From contig CBDANS010000007.1 of assembly GCA_965197745.1 (NCBI GenBank), positions 96,001 through 160,000 on the forward strand: a stretch of DNA of 64,000 nt, read 5' to 3'. Under the pieces are notes generated by a model, which was not told the DNA's origin, made no database searches, and saw nothing but the letters and a program-made list of their open reading frames with translations. Below are positions 59,577-64,000 of the stretch, piece after piece; positions within the stretch are counted from its first letter, which is position 1, and the number at the start of each line of letters is the position of its first letter. The DNA comes from Opitutales bacterium (GTDB lineage: Bacteria; Verrucomicrobiota; Verrucomicrobiia; Opitutales; PNEW01). Made by a program: the position numbers and the translations under genes.

Positions 59577-62500
59577 GTGATAAAATGTTTCAGATTTTTT
59601 GGGTTCACTGTTTTCACTGGCTGTCTCTTATTCGGATTTATTTATTTTTTGGGCGATATTTTAAAACCGGTAATGGAGAAGGAGCCTATTCGCTATAGTG
59701 AGGAGGTGATTGAATATACAAAAAAATTGAGGGACGTCAGTTTTACCGAGGATGACTTTTTTAAGATACAACAGGATGTCGACTACAGTGAAGGAGAGGG
59801 CGCCCAGTGGTATCCAAAATCCGAATCACCCATCCTTGCCGAATTGGTAGACGAGGACAAACTGCCACCAGTGGCCGTGCGTGTGGGGATGGAACCTGTG
59901 ATCCTTAAAGGAGTGGACAGTATCGGTGAATACGGTGGAACCTGGTTCCAAGTGAGAGGATCACAAAACGAGATAAGTCTCATCGGAAACTTCTTTTCCG
60001 GATCCACGCTTGTTCGCTGGTCTCCGCTTGGTTACCCGATCGTACCTCACGTGGCCAAGGGTTGGGAATCCACCCCTGACAAGAGGGAATGGACATTTTA
60101 TCTGCGAGAAGGCATGAAGTGGTCTGATGGTCACCCTTTTACTGCCGACGATATCCTCTACAGATGGTATAAAGAAACAGCTCCTGAATTACAAGGGGGT
60201 GATCCGCCAGATTGGATGAAAGTAGGTGGAAAGACAGGGGAAGTTATCAAAATCGATGATTACACCGTAAAATTCGTTTTTTCTCAACCCTATGGAGTGT
60301 TTCTTGAACGCTTGGCTCGAGCCTGGGATTTTTGTTCACCTCGACATTACCTGGGAAAATACCATCCGCAACTTGGCGATGATATGCTTATTGAGGCTAC
60401 CCAGGCGAAAAGTAGACTGCCTTCGCGTAGTAGCCTATACGCTTTATTGAAACAGTGGTACAACCCCGAACATCCGCGGCTTTGGCCTTGGGTTTATCAC
60501 ACTTTTAAAGCCAATCCACCCCAGAATTTTATACGCAATCCCTACTACTGGGCAGTCGATACCGAAGGCAATCAGCTCCCTTATGTGGACCAATTACATA
60601 TCGAAGTAAAAAACTATAAGCTGGTACCTATAGCAGCGGCTAACGGGGCCGTCACCTTTACAATTTTTGTTATGGATTTCTATTACACCCTGCTCATGTC
60701 ACAACGCGAAACAAACGATTACGAAGTCTATCACTGGTTTCCAGCTACACGCTCACGCTACCTCGTCCATCCAAATATTAATATTTTGGTAGACCCTGAT
60801 AATCCGGTTACCCAAATGAAACATGATCTCCTCAATGACAAACGCTTCCGCCAGGCGCTCTCCCTCGCCATCAATCGCCAGCAAATCATCGACATAGTCT
60901 ACAATGGGGTGGGAGAACCGGCGCAGTTATCACCCGGGAAGGAATCCTTTTTCTACCATGAAAAACTTCATAAAAGCTTTACCGAGTATGCGCCCGCCCG
61001 AGCTAATCAACTGCTCGATGCGATAGGCCTCACCCGGCGGGATACCAAAGGCTACCGCACGTTCAAGGACGGCACACGCATGGCCTGGCATTATACTCTA
61101 CCACAAGGGGAAGACGAAGGGCCGACTGAGCTCATAATCGAAAATTGGAGCCGCGTTGGCATTCGCGCCATCCGACGCCAACCGTCGCTTGCTCTTTTTC
61201 AAGTAGAAACAAACTCGCGCAAACTGGAATTTTCCATTTGGGCCTCGGAGAGCGAATTCAATCCCATCATAGGACCCGAACGTTTCCTCGCGTTAACTGC
61301 ACTCCAAGCTTACGGCTATTTTAATTGGTATAATAGAGATGGACTTTCAGGCAATCCTGAAGCCACACAATTCGGCGGCCTCGAGCCATCGAAAGATCAT
61401 CCCGTACGTCTATCGATGAAACTCATTGAAGAAGCTTACGGTAAAGCCACGCGTGAAGCCCAACGCGAGATTTTCAATGAAGTGTTCGATATCGCTGCGG
61501 AAAATGTCTGGTCGATAAATATTGCCACCCCTCCACCGCACCCGGTCCTGGTTAAAAACGGTTTTAAAAATGTTCCGCGCAATGCATTCTATGGCGCTCG
61601 CTTAAGTCCGCCGGCCCACGCAGGATTAGAAACCTACTACTTCAAAGAACCTTATAATTCGCCTGGAACCAATGCGCAGATAAAAAAAGGATTAGTAGAA
61701 ATCATCCCTGCTCCTTTCGGATCCGGTCAAGACGATCTAGAATCAACCAGTTATGAGCGTTTGGCCCGGCTTATAAAATACTTATTTTTAGGTATCGCGG
61801 TTTGCGGAATAATTATGGTCGGGATACGGCATCCTTATGTTGGAAGACGACTACTCATCATGGGTCCAACGCTTCTTATCATCTCTGTAATCTCTTTTGT
61901 TATCATCCAGCTGCCTCCGGGGAATTACATCGAGACCAAAATTTTAGAGCTACAGCTAAAAGGCGGCCGCATAAATATCGATGAGGCCGAAAAGCTTCGC
62001 GAGATCTTTCACCTCGACAAGCCCATCGCCGAACGTTATGTCCGCTGGCTCGGTCTTAACTGGTTTACTTCCTATGAAAAAAAAGATCAGGGTTTATTGC
62101 AGGGTCACTTGGGATTGTCGATGGAGAACCAGAGCACGGTCAATGAAGTGGTAGGCGATCGCATCCTTCTCACTTTTCTCATTTCACTCGGCACTATACT
62201 CTTTACCTGGGCGGTAGCCATGCCCATTGGTATCTATTCAGCAGTTCGCCAATATTCCTTTAGCGATTATTTATTTACTTTGATAGGATTCATCGGGATG
62301 AGTGTTCCCAGTTTTCTCCTCGCCTTGATCCTGCTTTATTGGAGCGGTAAGTATCTAGGCATTAATATCTCGGGTCTATTTTCACCTGAATATGCAGTCC
62401 AACCAGAATGGACGAGGGGTAAAATAATTGACCTCTTGCAGCATATTTGGGTGCCTGTAGTGGTTTTGGGCGTCACGGGTACTGCGGGCATGATACGGAT

Positions 62501-62861
62501 TATGCGGGCCAACTTACTTGATGAGTTGAGAAAACCTTATGTCATTACTGCTATGGCCAAGGGAGTGCGACCGTTTAAGCTGTTAATGAAATATCCGGTG
62601 CGTTTAGCGCTTAATCCTTTTATCTCTGGAATCGGGGGAATTTTTCCGTCATTAGTCTCCGGGGGTGCGATCGTCGCCATGGTCCTCAGCCTACCCACGG
62701 TTGGTCCTTTAATGCTGGATGCTCTGATGAAGGAAGATATGTACTTGGCCGGATCGATGCTCATGGTTCTTAGCTTGCTCGGCGTCTTAGGCACCCTGGT
62801 CAGCGACCTGTTGCTAATATGGCTCGATCCACGAATACGTATGGAAGCAGGTAGTCGGTAA
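59577..62861 (+). CDS. Fused ABC substrate-binding protein (family 5) and OppB/DppB-type permease
   Basis: 'LREGMKWSDGHPFTADD', 'RNPYYWAVDTEGNQLPYVD', 'FRQALSLAINR'; then 'IIQLPPG', EAA loop 'ELRKPYVITAMAKG', 'LDPRIR'; one 1094-aa ORF. Confidence 0.9.
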   Translation: MIKCFRFFGFTVFTGCLLFGFIYFLGDILKPVMEKEPIRYSEEVIEYTKKLRDVSFTEDDFFKIQQDVDYSEGEGAQWYPKSESPILAELVDEDKLPPVAVRVGMEPVILKGVDSIGEYGGTWFQVRGSQNEISLIGNFFSGSTLVRWSPLGYPIVPHVAKGWESTPDKREWTFYLREGMKWSDGHPFTADDILYRWYKETAPELQGGDPPDWMKVGGKTGEVIKIDDYTVKFVFSQPYGVFLERLARAWDFCSPRHYLGKYHPQLGDDMLIEATQAKSRLPSRSSLYALLKQWYNPEHPRLWPWVYHTFKANPPQNFIRNPYYWAVDTEGNQLPYVDQLHIEVKNYKLVPIAAANGAVTFTIFVMDFYYTLLMSQRETNDYEVYHWFPATRSRYLVHPNINILVDPDNPVTQMKHDLLNDKRFRQALSLAINRQQIIDIVYNGVGEPAQLSPGKESFFYHEKLHKSFTEYAPARANQLLDAIGLTRRDTKGYRTFKDGTRMAWHYTLPQGEDEGPTELIIENWSRVGIRAIRRQPSLALFQVETNSRKLEFSIWASESEFNPIIGPERFLALTALQAYGYFNWYNRDGLSGNPEATQFGGLEPSKDHPVRLSMKLIEEAYGKATREAQREIFNEVFDIAAENVWSINIATPPPHPVLVKNGFKNVPRNAFYGARLSPPAHAGLETYYFKEPYNSPGTNAQIKKGLVEIIPAPFGSGQDDLESTSYERLARLIKYLFLGIAVCGIIMVGIRHPYVGRRLLIMGPTLLIISVISFVIIQLPPGNYIETKILELQLKGGRINIDEAEKLREIFHLDKPIAERYVRWLGLNWFTSYEKKDQGLLQGHLGLSMENQSTVNEVVGDRILLTFLISLGTILFTWAVAMPIGIYSAVRQYSFSDYLFTLIGFIGMSVPSFLLALILLYWSGKYLGINISGLFSPEYAVQPEWTRGKIIDLLQHIWVPVVVLGVTGTAGMIRIMRANLLDELRKPYVITAMAKGVRPFKLLMKYPVRLALNPFISGIGGIFPSLVSGGAIVAMVLSLPTVGPLMLDALMKEDMYLAGSMLMVLSLLGVLGTLVSDLLLIWLDPRIRMEAGSR

Positions 62862-62980
62862 TAATGGTAGAGATTGAAGCACCACCTCCGCAGATAAACG
62901 GGATAGATATGGTATATAAAAATATAGCATTTACTAATATCCCCATAAATTCGATAATGGTAACAATACAGACTACACGT

Positions 62981-63157
62981 TGATCGGACCCTGTATTTCG
63001 TACCAATTTTAAGTGAGAGAGTTAGGGGGTGTTAATGGTTTTAGGATTGAAGTATAGGAGAGATCTTCGCGAAGTGAGGGTGTAGCCCGAACGCGGCCAG
63101 GATTTGAAAGGAATCTGACAAACTCTAGTGGGCTTTTAAAGCCTAAACGACTGTGGG
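62981..63157 (-). mobile_element. 3' remnant of the same IS3 element as 54711-56090, inverted
   Basis: TGATCGGACC...; 'HSRLGFKSP'; reverse-complement similarity to about 55915-56090. Confidence 0.85.
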
Positions 63158-63245
63158 TCCGTTCAGGGGAGTCACGCCACCCTATCCGAGACAATCCTTT
63201 ATTCAATCGGGCTTGATCTATAAATATTTTTAACGCCGTAATTTT

Positions 63246-63908
63246 TTACCTGCGAGACAGCGCAAAAAGGTAAAGTAGATTTCCCAAGGACGCGATAAAG
63301 GCAGCCACATAGGTAAATCCTGCCGCATCCAAAGTTTTGCTTACCCCTGGGATTTCTAAAGGATCAATGATTCCCAGATTCGGCAGTTGAGCCTTAGCTC
63401 GCCTGCTCGCATCAAATTCTACAGGAAGCGTTACCAGTTGGAAGACGGTTAATACAAGATAAACAAAAATGCCCAACTTGATTAGGCCCAAGATACCAAA
63501 GAAAAAACCGCCAATAATTACAAATGGCAGCAACCGTGATGCAAAGTTTGTAATTGGAATCAGAGCCATACGAAATTGAAGCGCTTTATAACCCACTTTG
63601 TGCTGAATAGCGTGCCCAGCCTCATGGGCGGCAACACCCAAAGCCGCTAAACTCGTGCCCCTGTAATTCTCTTCACTCAAAGCAAGGCGTTTATGTACCG
63701 GATCATAATGATCGGTCAAATGACCACGAATGGCTACGATATTAACATCGTCAATGCCGGCGCTTCGCATTACATAAGCTGCAGCTTCCCGCCCGGTAAT
63801 ACGACTGCGGGAATTCACTTGAGAATATTTATTATAAGTACTGGACACCTTTGCCTGTGCCCACATACCGATAATTATAGGGATAATAATAAATAATAGA
63901 AAGTTCAT
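63246..63908 (-). CDS. Zinc metallopeptidase (YugP-like membrane protein)
   Basis: 'LTDHYDP', 'VAAHEAGHAIQH', 'TLPVEFDASRRA', 'TYVAA'. Confidence 0.92.
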   Translation of the reverse strand: MNFLLFIIIPIIIGMWAQAKVSSTYNKYSQVNSRSRITGREAAAYVMRSAGIDDVNIVAIRGHLTDHYDPVHKRLALSEENYRGTSLAALGVAAHEAGHAIQHKVGYKALQFRMALIPITNFASRLLPFVIIGGFFFGILGLIKLGIFVYLVLTVFQLVTLPVEFDASRRAKAQLPNLGIIDPLEIPGVSKTLDAAGFTYVAAFIASLGNLLYLFALSRR

Positions 63909-64000
63909 TGCTCAATAGATATCTATACAGGGGACAGGGGATAAAACAATCTATTCCCCTATCCCACAAGTCAAGTTAAAGAGCCTCTCGATAGTAAGCG

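Noticed and set aside
54711..63157. Active composite transposon bounded by the two IS407-like copies
   Set aside because: Both copies are decayed, the second is only a 3' fragment, and no flanking TSD is evident.

Overview
This is a bacterial accessory, catabolism-rich region. It probably comes from a Verrucomicrobia/Opitutae-like organism; that is an inference from the 37.2-kb secreted protein and the REP-like repeat style. I found no rRNA, tRNA or CRISPR array. Contents in order: small detox/repair genes (GNAT, metallophosphoesterase, TetR-osmC with a shared palindromic operator, two VOC proteins, YcaQ/AlkZ glycosylase); five Fe(II)/2OG oxygenases (a TauD and four PhyH-like, one with a halogenase-like HxG motif); a WD40-caspase (C14) protein; yjcH-actP; a TonB receptor plus TatT/TatP/DctQM (TPAT-type TRAP) operon next to a GDPD and a sigma54 activator. 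Five GG-N10-GC sigma54 promoters are visible by eye, three with TGT-N10-ACA boxes about 100 bp upstream. An intact IS1595-family element (TIRs, 8-bp TSD) carries passenger ORFs and sits at the predicted start site of one of those promoters. An inositol-type catabolic cluster (iolD/E/A/G) lacks iolB/C/J but has an aldolase, a cupin and an unknown kinase. An IS graveyard encloses a high-GC NCS2 permease between inverted IS3 ends, followed by a decayed toxin/immunity-like pair and a fused substrate-binding/permease ABC protein. Many genes are frameshifted, and REP-like repeats carry nested insertions. Family assignments come from motif recognition only; no database searches were run.
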